Below, piece by piece: positions 11,197-22,794 of a stretch of 64,000 nt of DNA. Origin of the DNA: an uncultured Gemmatimonadales bacterium (GTDB lineage Bacteria; Gemmatimonadota; Gemmatimonadetes; Palauibacterales; Palauibacteraceae). Under the pieces are notes generated by a model. That model worked only from the letters and a program-made list of their open reading frames with translations. It was not told the origin of the DNA and made no database searches. The DNA is taken from the NCBI GenBank assembly GCA_963783385.1, contig CAWANJ010000002.1, positions 320,001 to 384,000 of the forward strand. Reading direction: 5' to 3'. Each line of letters begins with the position of its first letter. Position 1 is the stretch's first letter. The position numbers and the translations under genes are program-made.

Positions 11197-12616
11197 AGCT
11201 CTCCATCTCGTAGCCCGCCTCCCGGTCCAGGAGGGGCGCCTTGTAGTCGCCCGTCCAGCACGCCTCGCAGAAGGGTCCGTGCCCCCCGACCGCGGCGCGC
11301 ATGCCCTCCAGGGACAGGTAGCCGAGGGAGTCGACGCCCAGGTGCTCGCCGATCTCCTCGACCGTCTTCTGCGCTCCGATCAGCTCCTCGCGCGTGGGCA
11401 TGTCGATGCCGTAGTAGCACGGGTAGCGGATGGGCGGGGAGGCGATCCGGAAGTGGATCTCCCGCGCCCCCGCCTCGCGCAGGAGCGCGACGAGGCCGCG
11501 GCTCGTGGTCCCGCGGACCAGGGAGTCGTCCACGACGACGATGCGCCGATCCTCGATGAGCTCGCGGACGGGGTTGTACTTGACCCGCACCTTGAAGTCG
11601 CGGCCCGACTGGGTGGGGTGGATGAAGGTGCGGCCGACGTAGTGGTTGCGGATGAGCGCGAGCTCGAACGGCGTCCCGGACTCCTCGGCGTAGCCCAGCG
11701 CCGCGGAGTTGGAGGAGTCGGGCACGGCGAACACGCAGTCGGCCTCGACCGGGTGCTCCCGGGCCAGCTGCCGGCCGAAGGCGCGGCGGGCCCGGTCCAC
11801 GCTGCAGCCCCAGATGCGCGAGTCGGGCCGGGCGAAGTACACGAGCTCGAACAGGCACGGCGCCGGCTCGGCCGGAGGCAGGGGACGCATGCTCTCCACC
11901 CGTCCGTGGCGGATCTTGAGCACCTCGCCCGGCTCCAGGTCACGGACGTACTCGGCGCCGATGATGTCCAGGGCGCAGGTCTCGGAGGCCACGATGGCCG
12001 CCTCGCCCAGCCGGCCCAGCACCAGGGGGCGGAAGCCGCGCGAGTCGCGCGCCGCGTACAGCGTGTCCCCGACGCTCAGGGCCAGCGAAAACGCGCCCTG
12101 AATCTGGGAGAGCGCGTCGTCCACCTGGGCGCTCTCGGAGTCGCGGCGCGAGCGCGCGATCAGGTGGATCACCACCTCGGAGTCGCTGTCCGTCTGGAAG
12201 ATGGCGCCCTCGGAGGTGAGCCGGTCCCGGAGCTCGTGCTGGTTGGTGAGGTTACCGTTGTGGGCCAGGGCGAGGGGCCCGTGCCGGTAGTCCACCAGGA
12301 CCGGCTGCGCGTTGCGCAGGTCCGAGCTCCCCGCGGTGGAGTAGCGCACGTGGCCGAGCGCCATCGAGCCCGTGAGGCGCCGCATGGCGGCGTCGTCGAA
12401 CACGTCGCTCACCAGCCCCATGCCGCGGTGGGAGCGGGCCCGACCGTCGGCGTCCACGGACACGATGCCGGCGGACTCCTGGCCCCGGTGCTGGAGGGCG
12501 TACAGGCCCATGAAGGTGAGGGCCGCGGCATTGGGCGAGCCGCTCACCGCGAATACGCCACACTCGTCGTGCGGCTTGTCGTCGCCTTCGATGACGGGAA
12601 GGGATCGGTTCACCAT
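11186..12616 (-). CDS. purF: Amidophosphoribosyltransferase
   Basis: ECGVF, LQHRGQE, GHVRYST, VDDSLVRGTT, Fe-S cysteines. Confidence 0.97.
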   Translation of the reverse strand: MVNRSLPVIEGDDKPHDECGVFAVSGSPNAAALTFMGLYALQHRGQESAGIVSVDADGRARSHRGMGLVSDVFDDAAMRRLTGSMALGHVRYSTAGSSDLRNAQPVLVDYRHGPLALAHNGNLTNQHELRDRLTSEGAIFQTDSDSEVVIHLIARSRRDSESAQVDDALSQIQGAFSLALSVGDTLYAARDSRGFRPLVLGRLGEAAIVASETCALDIIGAEYVRDLEPGEVLKIRHGRVESMRPLPPAEPAPCLFELVYFARPDSRIWGCSVDRARRAFGRQLAREHPVEADCVFAVPDSSNSAALGYAEESGTPFELALIRNHYVGRTFIHPTQSGRDFKVRVKYNPVRELIEDRRIVVVDDSLVRGTTSRGLVALLREAGAREIHFRIASPPIRYPCYYGIDMPTREELIGAQKTVEEIGEHLGVDSLGYLSLEGMRAAVGGHGPFCEACWTGDYKAPLLDREAGYEMESCAC

Positions 12617-12641
12617 GGCCTCGGGCCCGGCAGGGGTCGTC

Positions 12642-14918
12642 TCACGTGGTCAGCCCCGCTTCGTGCTCCATGCGGCGGGGAAGGGCGCGGTCGTACACGG
12701 AGGCCGCCTCGGGGGCGTCCACCACGGCGGTGCGGCCGGCGGCCGTGATGCGGATCGGACCCCCGCGGGGCCCCACCCGTCCGGCCCGGGTGGCGGCGAC
12801 GCCGTGGCGTCCGGCCAGCTCGAGCAGCGGCTCCAGGTCGCCGGGCGCACACGAGAGCGCCGCGCGCGACTGGCTCTCGCCGAACAGGAGCGCGGCGGCC
12901 GAGACGCCGTCGCCGGTCAGCTCGATCTCCACGCCCACCGGGCCTCCCTCGGCCAGGATGGCGCATTCGGTCAGGGCCACGGCCAGGCCCCCGTCCGAGA
13001 CGTCGTGCGCGGAGCGCAGGAGCCGCGCTCCGGCCGCCTCGACCAGGAAGGCCACCAGCGTGGCGGCTTCTTCGAGGTCCAGGACCGGAGGCTCCCCCGC
13101 CACCAGGCCGTGGACCGTGCGCAGGTACTCGGACCCGCCCAGCTCCTCCCGCGAGGTGCCCACCAGCACCACCTCGTCCCCCGGTGTCCGGAAGGCGGAC
13201 GGCACATGGGCGGTCACGTCGTCGAGGACGCCTACCATCCCGATCACCGGCGTCGGGTGGATGGGTCCGGCCGGCGTCTCGTTGTAGAGCGACACGTTGC
13301 CGCCCGTCACCGGCGTTCCCAGCGCCCGGCAGGCCTCGCCGATGCCGGCCACCGCCTCGCGGAGCTGGTGGTAGACGGCCGGCTTGCGCGGGCTGCCGAA
13401 GTTGAGGCAGTTGGTGACGGCCAGCGGCCGGGCTCCCGAGCAGGCCACGTTGCGGGCCGCCTCGGCGACGGCGATGGCGGCCCCGCGCCGCGGCGACAGG
13501 TAGACGTAGCGGCCGTTCCCGTCCACGCTGGCCGCGATCCCCCGTGGCGTGCCCGCCAGCCGCAGGACCGCGGCGTCCGAGCCGGGCCGGACGACGGTGT
13601 TGGTGCCCACCGTGGTGTCGTACTGCTCCCAGATCCAGCGCTTGGAGGCCACCGAGGGAGCGTCCAGGAGGGCCAGGAGGGCGTCGCGCGCCTCCTCGTC
13701 GGACCCGAGCTCCTCCGCCTCCGAAAGATCGCGGCCGCGCAGCCGGCCCACCGCCTCGTCCTCGCGCGCCTCGTAGGTGACGATCGGGGGCTCGCCCACG
13801 AGCGGTCCGAGCGGGATCTCCGCCACCACCTCCCCGTCGTGGCGCACGCGGAAGAGGCCGTCGTCGGTGACCTTCCCGATCACGGCGCTGCCCAGCTCCC
13901 ACCGCTCCAGCACCTCCCGCACCGCGTCCTCGCCGCCCGGCTCGGTGACCACGAGCATGCGCTCCTGCGACTCGGACAGGAGGATCTCGTAGGGTGTCAT
14001 CCCGGTCTCCCGGACGGGCACCCGGGCCGTGTCGATCTCGATGCCGGCGCCGGCGCGCTCGGCCATCTCGGTGGCGCTCGAGGTCAGCCCGGCCGCCCCC
14101 ATGTCCTGGATGCCCACCACCAGGTCCCGCTCGATGAGCTCGAGCGTGGCCTCCAGGAGGAGCTTCTCGGTGAACGGGTCGCCCACCTGCACCTGCGGGC
14201 GGCTGTCGGCGGTCTCCTCCCCGAGCTCCTCGGAGGCGAAGGCGGCGCCGTGGATGCCGTCGCGGCCGGTGCGCGAGCCCACCGTCATCACCACGTTGCC
14301 CGGCGCTCCGGTTCCGGCCCGCGTGAGGCGCTCGAGGCGCACGAGCCCCAGGCACATGACGTTGACCAGCGGGTTGCGCTCGTACACCGGGTCGAAGATC
14401 GTCTCGCCGCCCACGGTGGGGATGCCCACGCAGTTCCCGTAGTCGCCCACGCCGCGGACCACCCCGTCCAGCAGGTAGCGCGAGCGCGGCGAGTCGAGCG
14501 CCCCGAAGCGCAGGCTGTCGAACAGGGCGACCGGCCGGGCGCCCATGGTGAACACGTCGCGCAGGATCCCGCCCGAGCCCGTGGCGGCGCCCTGGTAGGG
14601 CTCCACGGCCGAGGGATGGTTGTGCGACTCGATTTTGAAGGCCAGGCCCCAGCCGCCGCCCACGTCCACGACCCCGGCGTTCTCGCCCGGCCCCTGCACG
14701 ACCGCCTCGCCCTCGGTGGGGAGGGTGCGGAGGAGCGGCCTGGAGCTCTTGTAGCTGCAGTGCTCCGACCACATGGCCGAGAACACGCCGAGCTCCGCGA
14801 GGGTGGGCTCGCGCCCCAGTATCTCCAGGATCCGGTCCCACTCGGCGCGGCTGAGGCCGTGCTCGGCGGCGAGCTCCGGGCCCATGGCCGGGCCGGCGGT
14901 GGCGGTGCCGGGGCTCAC
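12642..14918 (-). CDS. purL: FGAM synthase subunit PurL (small type)
   Basis: [42 protein letters not shown]. Confidence 0.96.
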   Translation of the reverse strand: MSPGTATAGPAMGPELAAEHGLSRAEWDRILEILGREPTLAELGVFSAMWSEHCSYKSSRPLLRTLPTEGEAVVQGPGENAGVVDVGGGWGLAFKIESHNHPSAVEPYQGAATGSGGILRDVFTMGARPVALFDSLRFGALDSPRSRYLLDGVVRGVGDYGNCVGIPTVGGETIFDPVYERNPLVNVMCLGLVRLERLTRAGTGAPGNVVMTVGSRTGRDGIHGAAFASEELGEETADSRPQVQVGDPFTEKLLLEATLELIERDLVVGIQDMGAAGLTSSATEMAERAGAGIEIDTARVPVRETGMTPYEILLSESQERMLVVTEPGGEDAVREVLERWELGSAVIGKVTDDGLFRVRHDGEVVAEIPLGPLVGEPPIVTYEAREDEAVGRLRGRDLSEAEELGSDEEARDALLALLDAPSVASKRWIWEQYDTTVGTNTVVRPGSDAAVLRLAGTPRGIAASVDGNGRYVYLSPRRGAAIAVAEAARNVACSGARPLAVTNCLNFGSPRKPAVYHQLREAVAGIGEACRALGTPVTGGNVSLYNETPAGPIHPTPVIGMVGVLDDVTAHVPSAFRTPGDEVVLVGTSREELGGSEYLRTVHGLVAGEPPVLDLEEAATLVAFLVEAAGARLLRSAHDVSDGGLAVALTECAILAEGGPVGVEIELTGDGVSAAALLFGESQSRAALSCAPGDLEPLLELAGRHGVAATRAGRVGPRGGPIRITAAGRTAVVDAPEAASVYDRALPRRMEHEAGLTT

Positions 14919-15616
14919 GAGACGGCCGCGGCCGTGGTGGCCAGGGCCGAGCGGAACACGCCGAGGCCGTCGTCCGAGCCCAGGATGGCGGCGTAGGCGC
15001 GGTCGGGGTGGGGCATCAGCCCCACGACGTTCCGCGCCTCGTTGCACACTCCGGCGATGGCCCGCAGCGAGCCGTTGGGGTTGGCGTCCGGCGTGGCGTT
15101 CCCCGCCGCGTCCACGTAGCGGAACACCACCCGGCCCTCCTCCTCGAGCCGATCCAGGGTCGCGGCATCGGCCACGAATCGCCCCTCGCCGTGCGACAGC
15201 GGCATGCGGAGGACCTGTCCGCGGCGGTAGGCGCCGGTGAAGGCCGTGTCGGTGCGCTCGACCGACAGGTGGACGTCGTGCGACAGGAAGCGGAGCCCGG
15301 CGTTGCGGGCCAGCGCTCCCGGAAGGAGGCCGGCCTCGCACAGGATCTGGAAGCCGTTGCAGATCCCGAGCACCGGGCCGCCCGCGCGGGCGAAGCTCTC
15401 GACCGCCTTCATGATCGGACTGAAGCGCGCGATGGCGCCGGCCCTCAGGTAGTCGCCGTAGGCGAAGCCCCCCGGCAGCAGGATGGCATCGGCGCCGCCC
15501 AGGTCCCGGTCGCGGTGCCACAGGTAGAAAGCGTCCTCTCCGAGGCCCTCCTCGACGGCGCGGTGACAGTCGGCGTCGCAGTTGGAGCCGGGGAAGCGGA
15601 CGATCGCGAACCTCAT
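14915..15616 (-). CDS. purQ: FGAM synthase glutaminase subunit
   Basis: FPGSNCD, GICNGFQ, HGEG, GLMPHP. Confidence 0.95.
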   Translation of the reverse strand: MRFAIVRFPGSNCDADCHRAVEEGLGEDAFYLWHRDRDLGGADAILLPGGFAYGDYLRAGAIARFSPIMKAVESFARAGGPVLGICNGFQILCEAGLLPGALARNAGLRFLSHDVHLSVERTDTAFTGAYRRGQVLRMPLSHGEGRFVADAATLDRLEEEGRVVFRYVDAAGNATPDANPNGSLRAIAGVCNEARNVVGLMPHPDRAYAAILGSDDGLGVFRSALATTAAAVS

Positions 15617-15901
15617 GCGCCGCCTCCGCCCGCCACGGCGCTGCCGGCGGCGGGCCGCACGGCGACCGCGAAGTCCTCGATCACGGGGTTGGCCAGGAGC
15701 TCCTCGCACATGCGCTGCGGCCTCGTCCCGGGCCGCGTCCGCGTCCTCGGCCTCCAGCGTCAGCCGGATGAGGCGGCCGGCCCGCACGGCCGTGACGCCT
15801 CCGTAGCCCAGCTCCCGGAGCGCCCGTCCGATCGTCTCGCCCTCGGGGTCCAGGATCCCCTGGCGGGGCGCCACCCGGATCTCCACGTCGAAGGTGTCTA
15901 T
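15613..15901 (-). CDS. purS: FGAM synthase subunit PurS (frameshift near 15712, ATA where a start is expected)
   Basis: ILDPEGETI...VRAGRLI in one frame continues as [14 protein letters not shown] in another. Confidence 0.85.
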
Positions 15902-16851
15902 GACGTCCCTCCTTCTTCTACTGGCTGTACGTCGGAGCCGGGGAGCTCCCGACCCGTCAGCCGGCGGTATGCGTCCAGGTACCGCTCGGTCGTGGCCCGG
16001 ACCACCTCGTCCGGCAGGTCCGGGGCCGGCGGGTTCCGGTCCCAGCGGCCCTCCTCGACGAGGCCCTCCAGATAGTCCCGCACCGGCTGCTTGTCCAGCG
16101 ACGGCTGCGTGCGACCCGGCTCCCAGGTCTCGGCCGGCCACAAGCGCGAGGAGTCCGGCGTGAGCACCTCGTCGATCAGCAGGATCTCGCCGCTCCGCAG
16201 GCTGGTTCCGAACTCGAACTTGGTGTCCGCGATCAGGATGCCCCGCTCGCGCGCCGCCGCCCCGGCGAAGCGGTACACGGCGAGGCTGAACTCGCGGAGG
16301 ATCTCGGCCGTGTTGAGCCCCAGGAGCTCCCGCATGCGCGCGAAGGTGATGTTCTCGTCGTGTCCCGATTCGGCCTTGGTGGCCGGCGTGAAGCGCGGCT
16401 CCGGGAGCTCGTCGGCTTCCCGCAGCCCCTCGGGCAGCGGCTCGCCCGCCAGGGTGCCGTGCTCGCGGTACTCCTTCCAGCCCGAGCCGGCCAGGTAGCC
16501 CCGCACCACGCACTCCACCGGGAACGGCTCGGAGCGCTCGACCAGCATGCCGCGACCGGCCCACCCGGATCGGCACGCCTCGAGCTCGGGACGCAGGCGC
16601 ACGATCCGGTCGGGGTCGGCGGACAGGCAGTGGCCGTGGACGATGTCCGCGGTCTCGTGGAACCAGTGGCGGGAGATCTGGGTCAGCACGGCGCCCTTGT
16701 GGGGGATCGGCTGCGGAAGGACGCAGTCGAAGGCGCTGATCCGGTCGCTGGCCACCATGAGCAGCGTGGCCGCGTCCACCTCGTACATCTCCCGGACCTT
16801 GCCCCTGCTGAGGAGGGGCAGGGGGAGCTCCGTCTGCCGGACGACCGCCAT
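15898..16851 (-). CDS. purC: SAICAR synthase
   Basis: [47 protein letters not shown]. Confidence 0.96.
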   Translation of the reverse strand: MAVVRQTELPLPLLSRGKVREMYEVDAATLLMVASDRISAFDCVLPQPIPHKGAVLTQISRHWFHETADIVHGHCLSADPDRIVRLRPELEACRSGWAGRGMLVERSEPFPVECVVRGYLAGSGWKEYREHGTLAGEPLPEGLREADELPEPRFTPATKAESGHDENITFARMRELLGLNTAEILREFSLAVYRFAGAAARERGILIADTKFEFGTSLRSGEILLIDEVLTPDSSRLWPAETWEPGRTQPSLDKQPVRDYLEGLVEEGRWDRNPPAPDLPDEVVRATTERYLDAYRRLTGRELPGSDVQPVEEGGTS

Positions 16852-16919
16852 CTCGCTCCTTACCTTGTCTGGGCGCGCGGGACCCCCGCGCGCGGCTGGG
16901 CCGGTGCCGCAACGGCCTT

Positions 16920-18356
16920 CTACACCCGCAGGGTCACGGTCTCGCCGGTTCCGGCGTCCGCGCCCTCGAGCAGCGGGTCGACCCGTACCCGCAGGAAGCG
17001 CTCCACCTGCTCGGGCGCGCGGCCGACCAGGCCCTCCGGCCGCGCCAGCGCCTCGAGGCGGTCCCGGTCCAGGCCGAAGGACGGGTCCGCGGCCACGCGG
17101 TCCAGGAAGTCGTTGTCGGACGCTCCCTCGTCCAGGCGGCGCCGCGCCTCCATGGCGTGGCGCCGGACCCTCTCGTGCAGCTCCTGGCGGTCGCCGCCCG
17201 CCTCGACGCCGGCGAGAAGCACCTCCTCGACGACCAGGAAGGGCAGCGCCCGCGCCAGCCGCTCGCCGATCACCGCCGGGTGGACGACGAGGCCCGCGCC
17301 CACGTTGGCCTCGAGCTGCAGGACGGCGTCCGCGCACAGGTAGGCCTCCGGGAGGGCGATGCGCCGGTTGGCGGAGTCATCCAGGGTACGCTCCATCCAC
17401 TGGACCGAAGCGGTCCACGAGGCGTCCAGCTCCAGGACGCACAGGTGACGCGCCAGGGCGCAGATGCGCTCGGAGCGCATGGGATTCCGCTTGTAGGGCA
17501 TGGCCGACGAGCCGATCTGGCGGTCCCCGAAGGGCTCCTCGACCTCCCCGAACGCCTGCAGCAAGCGGACGTCGTGTCCGAAGCGGGCCGTGCTCGACCC
17601 GATCCCCGACAGGGCGGCCAGGCACCTGTGGTCGACCTTGCGGGGGTAGGTCTGCCCCACCACGTCGTATACGCCCGGGAAGCCGAAACGCTCGGCCAGC
17701 ATCTGGTTGAGGCGGTCCACCTTCTCCCCGTCGCCCAGGAGGCGGAGGAAGCTGGCCTCGGTGCCCGTCGTGCCGCGCGCGCCCCGCAGCCTGAGATCCG
17801 CCAGGGCCCGGTCGACGGCCTCGACGTCCGAGACGAGGTCCTGGATCCACAGGCAGGCCCGCTTTCCAACCGTGGTGGGCTGGGCGGGCTGCAGGTGCGT
17901 GTAGCCGAGCGTGGGCTCGGCGGCGTGCTCACGGGCGAAGCGGGCCAGGGCACCCACCGCGGCGAGCAAGCGGCGGCGCACCAGCCGCAGCGCCTCCCGG
18001 TGCTGCAGGAGGCTCGCGTTGTCGGCCACGAAGCAGCTCGTGGCGCCGAGGTGGATGTGGCCGCGGGCCTCGGGAGCCACCTCCCCGAAGTGGTGGACGT
18101 GGGCCATGACGTCGTGGCGGAGCTCGGCCTCGATCTCGGCGACGCGCTCCAGGTCCACCCGGTCGCGCGCCGCGCGCATGGCGGCGATCGCCCGCTCGGG
18201 GACGGACACCCCGAGCTCGCGCTCGGCCTCGGCCAGGGCGATCCACAGGTCGCGCCACAGGAGGGCCTGGCGACGCGGCGAGAACACAGCGGCCATCTCG
18301 GGCGAGGCGTATCGATCGAGCAGCGGGTGCGGGTAGGCCTCGGGTCGATCGCTCAC
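16920..18356 (-). CDS. purB: Adenylosuccinate lyase
   Basis: [33 protein letters not shown]. Confidence 0.95.
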   Translation of the reverse strand: MSDRPEAYPHPLLDRYASPEMAAVFSPRRQALLWRDLWIALAEAERELGVSVPERAIAAMRAARDRVDLERVAEIEAELRHDVMAHVHHFGEVAPEARGHIHLGATSCFVADNASLLQHREALRLVRRRLLAAVGALARFAREHAAEPTLGYTHLQPAQPTTVGKRACLWIQDLVSDVEAVDRALADLRLRGARGTTGTEASFLRLLGDGEKVDRLNQMLAERFGFPGVYDVVGQTYPRKVDHRCLAALSGIGSSTARFGHDVRLLQAFGEVEEPFGDRQIGSSAMPYKRNPMRSERICALARHLCVLELDASWTASVQWMERTLDDSANRRIALPEAYLCADAVLQLEANVGAGLVVHPAVIGERLARALPFLVVEEVLLAGVEAGGDRQELHERVRRHAMEARRRLDEGASDNDFLDRVAADPSFGLDRDRLEALARPEGLVGRAPEQVERFLRVRVDPLLEGADAGTGETVTLRV

Positions 18357-18367
18357 GGTCTGTCCCC

Positions 18368-19906
18368 TCAACGGAGGCCGAAGGAGGTCACCAGGGACTC
18401 CCCGTTCCTGTACAGCCACACGCGCACGAAGCCACGCTGCGTGGCCGCCTTGAACAGCTGGGCGGCGTCGTCGGCCGTCTTCACCTCGCGGCGGTCGATC
18501 GCCACGATCACGTCACCCTCCTGCATGAGCGTGGAGCCGGCCACGTCCGAGCTCACGTCGACGATGAGGGCGCCCTGGTCCACGCTGAGGTGCCGTTCCA
18601 CGGCGATCTGGGGCGTGACCGTGACCAGCTGCAGGCCGCGCAGGACCTCGACCCGCTGCGCCTCCTCCGAGGGGAGCTCCTTCACACCGAGCTCGACCTC
18701 GCTCTGCTTGCCGTCGCGGAGGTAACGGAGCCTGGCCGTCGATCCCACGCCCACGTCCAGGAGCGCCACCTCCCAGTCGAGCGGTCCCCGGACCCGGTCG
18801 CCGTCCAGGGTGAGGATCACGTCGCCCTTCCGGATCCCGGCGCTGGCGGCCGGGGAGCCGGGCGCCACGCGCCGGACCACCGTGCGGGCCACGAGGCTGT
18901 CGGAGGTCACGGTGGCCACGTCCAGGCCGACGTACGGCCGGCGAATGCGCCCGAACTTCCGGAGCTCGTCCGCGATCCGTAGGGCCCGGTCGATCGGGAT
19001 CGCGAAGCCGAGGCCTTCCGATCCGCCCGACTTGGAGAGGATGAAGGAGTTCACGCCCACCACCCGTCCATCCGCGTTGACCAGGGGCCCGCCGCTGTTG
19101 CCCGGATTGATGGCCGCGTCGGTCTGGATCATGTCCGCGTAAAGGACCTCCCGATCCCCGTTTCCCCGGTAGTCCCGGTTGACCCCGGACACCACGCCGG
19201 TGGTCACCGTGGCCTCCGTGTTGGAGAGGTAGAAGCCGAACGGGTTCCCGATCGCGATGGCGGGCTCGCCGACCATGAGGTCCGAGGAGCTCCCGAGCGG
19301 GGCGGGGGGCACGCGGCCCGCCGGGACCTTGAGGAGGGCCACGTCGGTGAGGCCGTCCGCGCCCACGAGGTGGGCCGTGTATCGGTGACCCGAGGCGTCG
19401 ACCACCACGATGCGGCTGGCGTTCTCGACCACGTGCGCGTTGGTGAGGATGTAGCCCTGGTCGTCGATGGCGAAGCCGGAGCCGAGGCCGCGCACCTGGC
19501 GCTGCGCCCCGAACGGGACGAAGCCGAAGGGTCCCTGGCTCCGGGTCGTCTCGGTGGAGACGACGTTGACGCTGACGACGGAGGGCATGACGCGCCGCAC
19601 CGCGGTCACGGTCGGGGTGTGGCGCGGGTCGGACGAGGCCACCGTGTCGGAGGGCTCCGCGGCGCGGGCGCGCCGGGCGAACGAGCTCCCGAACGCGGGG
19701 GCGTCGCCGGCGCCCGCCTCCGCGCCACCCGTGCTGGCGTCCCGGGCCGCGGCCGGATCGGCGGTGGCGGTCGTCATCCGGTCGGCCGGCGCGTCCGGCG
19801 ACCCCGCCCCGCCCGCGCTCCGCAGCAGCGTGCCGAGGCCGAGGCCGCCCGCGAACAGCAGGGCCGCCGCGCCGGCCAGGGCCAGGATCCGGTTCCGTGC
19901 CTTCAA
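18368..19906 (-). CDS. HtrA/DegP-family serine protease with two PDZ domains
   Basis: TNAHVV, DVALLK, INPGNSGGPL catalytic triad, PDZ repeats, N-terminal anchor. Confidence 0.93.
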   Translation of the reverse strand: MKARNRILALAGAAALLFAGGLGLGTLLRSAGGAGSPDAPADRMTTATADPAAARDASTGGAEAGAGDAPAFGSSFARRARAAEPSDTVASSDPRHTPTVTAVRRVMPSVVSVNVVSTETTRSQGPFGFVPFGAQRQVRGLGSGFAIDDQGYILTNAHVVENASRIVVVDASGHRYTAHLVGADGLTDVALLKVPAGRVPPAPLGSSSDLMVGEPAIAIGNPFGFYLSNTEATVTTGVVSGVNRDYRGNGDREVLYADMIQTDAAINPGNSGGPLVNADGRVVGVNSFILSKSGGSEGLGFAIPIDRALRIADELRKFGRIRRPYVGLDVATVTSDSLVARTVVRRVAPGSPAASAGIRKGDVILTLDGDRVRGPLDWEVALLDVGVGSTARLRYLRDGKQSEVELGVKELPSEEAQRVEVLRGLQLVTVTPQIAVERHLSVDQGALIVDVSSDVAGSTLMQEGDVIVAIDRREVKTADDAAQLFKAATQRGFVRVWLYRNGESLVTSFGLR

Positions 19907-19916
19907 CGCGTCTCCC

Positions 19917-20742
19917 TCACTCGGGCTCTCCGGGCTCGTCGACGGCCGTGAGGCCGGGAACGCCCGGGCCCCGGTTCCAGGCCGTCCCGTACCGCACCCC
20001 CGTCAGGTAGAGACCCTGCGGGGGCGCCGGCGCCGGGGGGCGCGCGTCCCGTCGTTCCGGTCAGGAGACCCTCCAGCTCGTCCGGACCGCGCCGCCCGGT
20101 CGCGATCTCCACCTGCGTGTGCACGAGGTATCGTACCATGTGATGGAGGAAGCGGTTCGCCACGATGAGGAACCGGAGGTCGCCGAGGGTCGTCCTCGAC
20201 CAGCCGGCGGCCTCGACGATGCAGGTCGTGCCTCGCTCCTCCTGGCCGGACTTGGCGAACGCCTCGAAGGAATGGCGCCCGAGCAGAGTCGCCGCCGCGG
20301 CGGCGAGACGATCCGGCTGCGGGGCCGGATCCACGCGCCACACACGCCCGGCGCGCAGGGGGGAGGCCGATCCCGGCCCGATGGCCAGGAAGTACTCGTA
20401 ACGGCGGGCGCTCGCGTCGTAACGGGGATGAAATTCTCGCGACGTCTCGGTAAGTTTCTCGATCCAGATCTCGTCCGGCACGACCGCGTTGAGGGCCCGC
20501 CGCAGGTCCGCCGCCTTCCAGCGCCGGGGCGCGGCGAAGGAGATCTCCTGTCCCGTGGCGTGCACCCCGCGGTCGGTGCGGCCGGCCGCCAGCGTGCCTG
20601 CGGGCGCGTCGAACAACCGGGACAGGGCGTCCTCGATATCGCCCTGCACGGTGCGTCGCCTCGGCTGGACCTGCCAGCCGTGGAAGGCAGCGCCGTCGAA
20701 GTGCACGGTGGCGCGGAACCAGGTGCGGGTCCGTTCCTGCAC
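19917..20742 (-). CDS. truA: tRNA pseudouridine(38-40) synthase (frameshift in homopolymer near 20035-20040)
   Basis: FHGWQVQP, AGRTDRGVHA, FLHHMVR. The terminal APPQGLYL motif is in the shifted frame. Confidence 0.92.
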
Positions 20743-20861
20743 GGCGCCAAGCTACCCGGCGCCGTCGCGGGGTGTCAAGCTGGAACCGGCGGCGGCGGAA
20801 CGGGTTTCCAGCGGAGTCGAGGGTGGACGAGCCGGTCGCTCGGGCGGAGGTGCGTGGAGGC

Positions 20862-21881
20862 GTGACGGGCAGCATGCGGGAACTGGCGGCGGGAGGGGCC
20901 CTGTCGGCCGCCGAGGCCGAGCGGGCCTTCGGCCGCATCGTGCGGGGCGAGGCCGACCCGGAGGACACGGCGGCGCTCCTTCTGGCCATGCGGGAGCGGG
21001 GCGAGACCCCGGCCGAGGTGGCGGGGGGCGTGCGCGCCCTGCGCAGCGCGATGGTGGAGGTGGCGCTCCCGGCGGATGGCCTGGTGGACACGTGTGGGAC
21101 CGGCGGAGGGCGGTTCACGACCTTCAACATCTCCACCGTGGCCGCCCTGGTGGCGGCGGGCGGCGGCGTGCCGGTGGCCAAGCACGGGAACCGCTCCTTC
21201 ACCTCGCGGTGCGGGAGCGCGGACGTGCTGGAGATTCTGGGCGTGGCCATCGACCTTCCGGTGGAAGCGCTGGTCGAGGTGTTCGAGGCCACCGGCTTCT
21301 GCTTCATGTTCGCGCCGCGCTTCCATCCCGCCATGCGTCACGTGGCGCCGGTCCGCAGGAAGCTCGGGGTGACGACGATCATGAACCTCCTGGGCCCCCT
21401 GACCAGTCCGGCCCGCGTGCGTCGGCAGGTGGTGGGCGTTTCGGACCCCGACCGGCTCGAGCTCATCGCCGGAGCCCTGCTGGAGCTGGACCACGAGCGG
21501 GCGCTCGTCGTCCACGGCGACCCGGGCATGGACGAGCTCAGCCCGATCGGGGTCACGCGGGGGATGCGGCTGGACCGCGGGCACCTGGAGCCGTTCGAGC
21601 TGGACCCACGGGCGCTCGGCTGGGAGGCCCTGTCGCGCGACGACCTGGGGGGCGGCTCGCCCGAGCGCAACGCCGCGCTCGCGGTCGGCATACTGGACGG
21701 CTCGATCCGGGGGGTGGCCAGGGCGGCGGTCGTGCTCAACGCCGCGGCCGCCTTCTGGGCGGCGGGGCGCGCGGACAGCCTGGAGGAGGGCGTGGACCGG
21801 GCGAGGGCCTCGCTGGAAGAGGGACGGGCCTTCGGGGTCCTCGAGCGCCTGCGCTCGCTCACCGCCGAGCGGGCCGGCTGA
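20862..21881 (+). CDS. trpD: Anthranilate phosphoribosyltransferase
   Basis: DTCGTGG, FNIST, KHGNRS, GSADVLE, MDELS. GGAGG precedes the GTG. Confidence 0.95.
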   Translation: MTGSMRELAAGGALSAAEAERAFGRIVRGEADPEDTAALLLAMRERGETPAEVAGGVRALRSAMVEVALPADGLVDTCGTGGGRFTTFNISTVAALVAAGGGVPVAKHGNRSFTSRCGSADVLEILGVAIDLPVEALVEVFEATGFCFMFAPRFHPAMRHVAPVRRKLGVTTIMNLLGPLTSPARVRRQVVGVSDPDRLELIAGALLELDHERALVVHGDPGMDELSPIGVTRGMRLDRGHLEPFELDPRALGWEALSRDDLGGGSPERNAALAVGILDGSIRGVARAAVVLNAAAAFWAAGRADSLEEGVDRARASLEEGRAFGVLERLRSLTAERAG

Positions 21882-21922
21882 TCGGCGGCGCACGCCGCAC
21901 CGGACCACCCCGCCGGCCAGGG

Positions 21923-22534
21923 TCAGTACTTCCGGATCACCCCGACGACAATGCCACGGATCCGGATCCGGTCCGCGTCGAACAGGAGCGCGTCGAGGGC
22001 CGGATTGGCCGGCTGCAGGCGCACCCGGCCGTCCGTCTCGTGGTAGAACTTCTTCATGGTGGTGTTCTCCCCGTCCACCAGCGCGATCACCATCTCGCCC
22101 TCGTGCGCCGTCTCGCGGGACTGGACGATCACGTAATCCCCGCTGCGGATCTGCTCGTCGATCATGGAGTCTCCGCGTACGCGCAGCACGAAATGCTCGC
22201 GGCGGGAGCCCGCCACCATGTCCTCGGGGACGGTCAGCGTCTCGGTGTCCTCGATGGCCTCGATCGGCTCACCGGCGGCCACCAGCCCGAGCAGGGGGAG
22301 GTCGGTCGTTCCCGATCCGTTCGCGCGACGGGCGAGCTCGATGGAGCGGCTCTCGTTGTAGCTCTTCCGGATGTAGCCCTTGTCCTGGAGGTTGCAGAGG
22401 TGCTCGTGCACCGTGGCCAGGGACCGGTAGCCGAAGTGGTCGGCGATCTCCTCGAAGCTGGGAGAATAGCCGTTGCTGTCGAGGAAGGTCTCGACAAAGT
22501 CGAGGATCTCCTTCTGTCGCCTGGTGAGGGCCAT
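21923..22534 (-). CDS. lexA: LexA repressor
   Basis: LTRRQKEIL, PSFEEIA wHTH, VAAG cleavage site, GDSM catalytic Ser. Confidence 0.95.
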   Translation of the reverse strand: MALTRRQKEILDFVETFLDSNGYSPSFEEIADHFGYRSLATVHEHLCNLQDKGYIRKSYNESRSIELARRANGSGTTDLPLLGLVAAGEPIEAIEDTETLTVPEDMVAGSRREHFVLRVRGDSMIDEQIRSGDYVIVQSRETAHEGEMVIALVDGENTTMKKFYHETDGRVRLQPANPALDALLFDADRIRIRGIVVGVIRKY

Positions 22535-22598
22535 CGGCTCCGTCCCCGTGGTGTGCCGGTCGCGTCTCGACGCCCCCGGACCGCGGCGCTGCTCACCG

Positions 22599-22650
22599 GG
22601 TACCGAAGGGAAACCGAAAGCAAGGTACCCGAACAGGCCCCGAAACGCAA
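22599..22650. promoter_or_regulatory. Candidate tandem LexA operators (CCGAA-N6-CCGAAA twice)
   Basis: CCGAA at 22603, 22614, 22629 and 22640, about 65-115 bp upstream of the lexA start. Confidence 0.55.
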
Positions 22651-22794
22651 GCACGCGCGTGACGGCGCGGGCCTTGCGCGTCCCAATGCGCCGAGGACGG
22701 CAGACCGAGAGGGCGCGCTCGCGGCTTCGCCGCGGCGGTCCATGGACCGCGGCCGCGCGCCGGCAGCCTGGACACCACACGGGAGGAGATCGCG

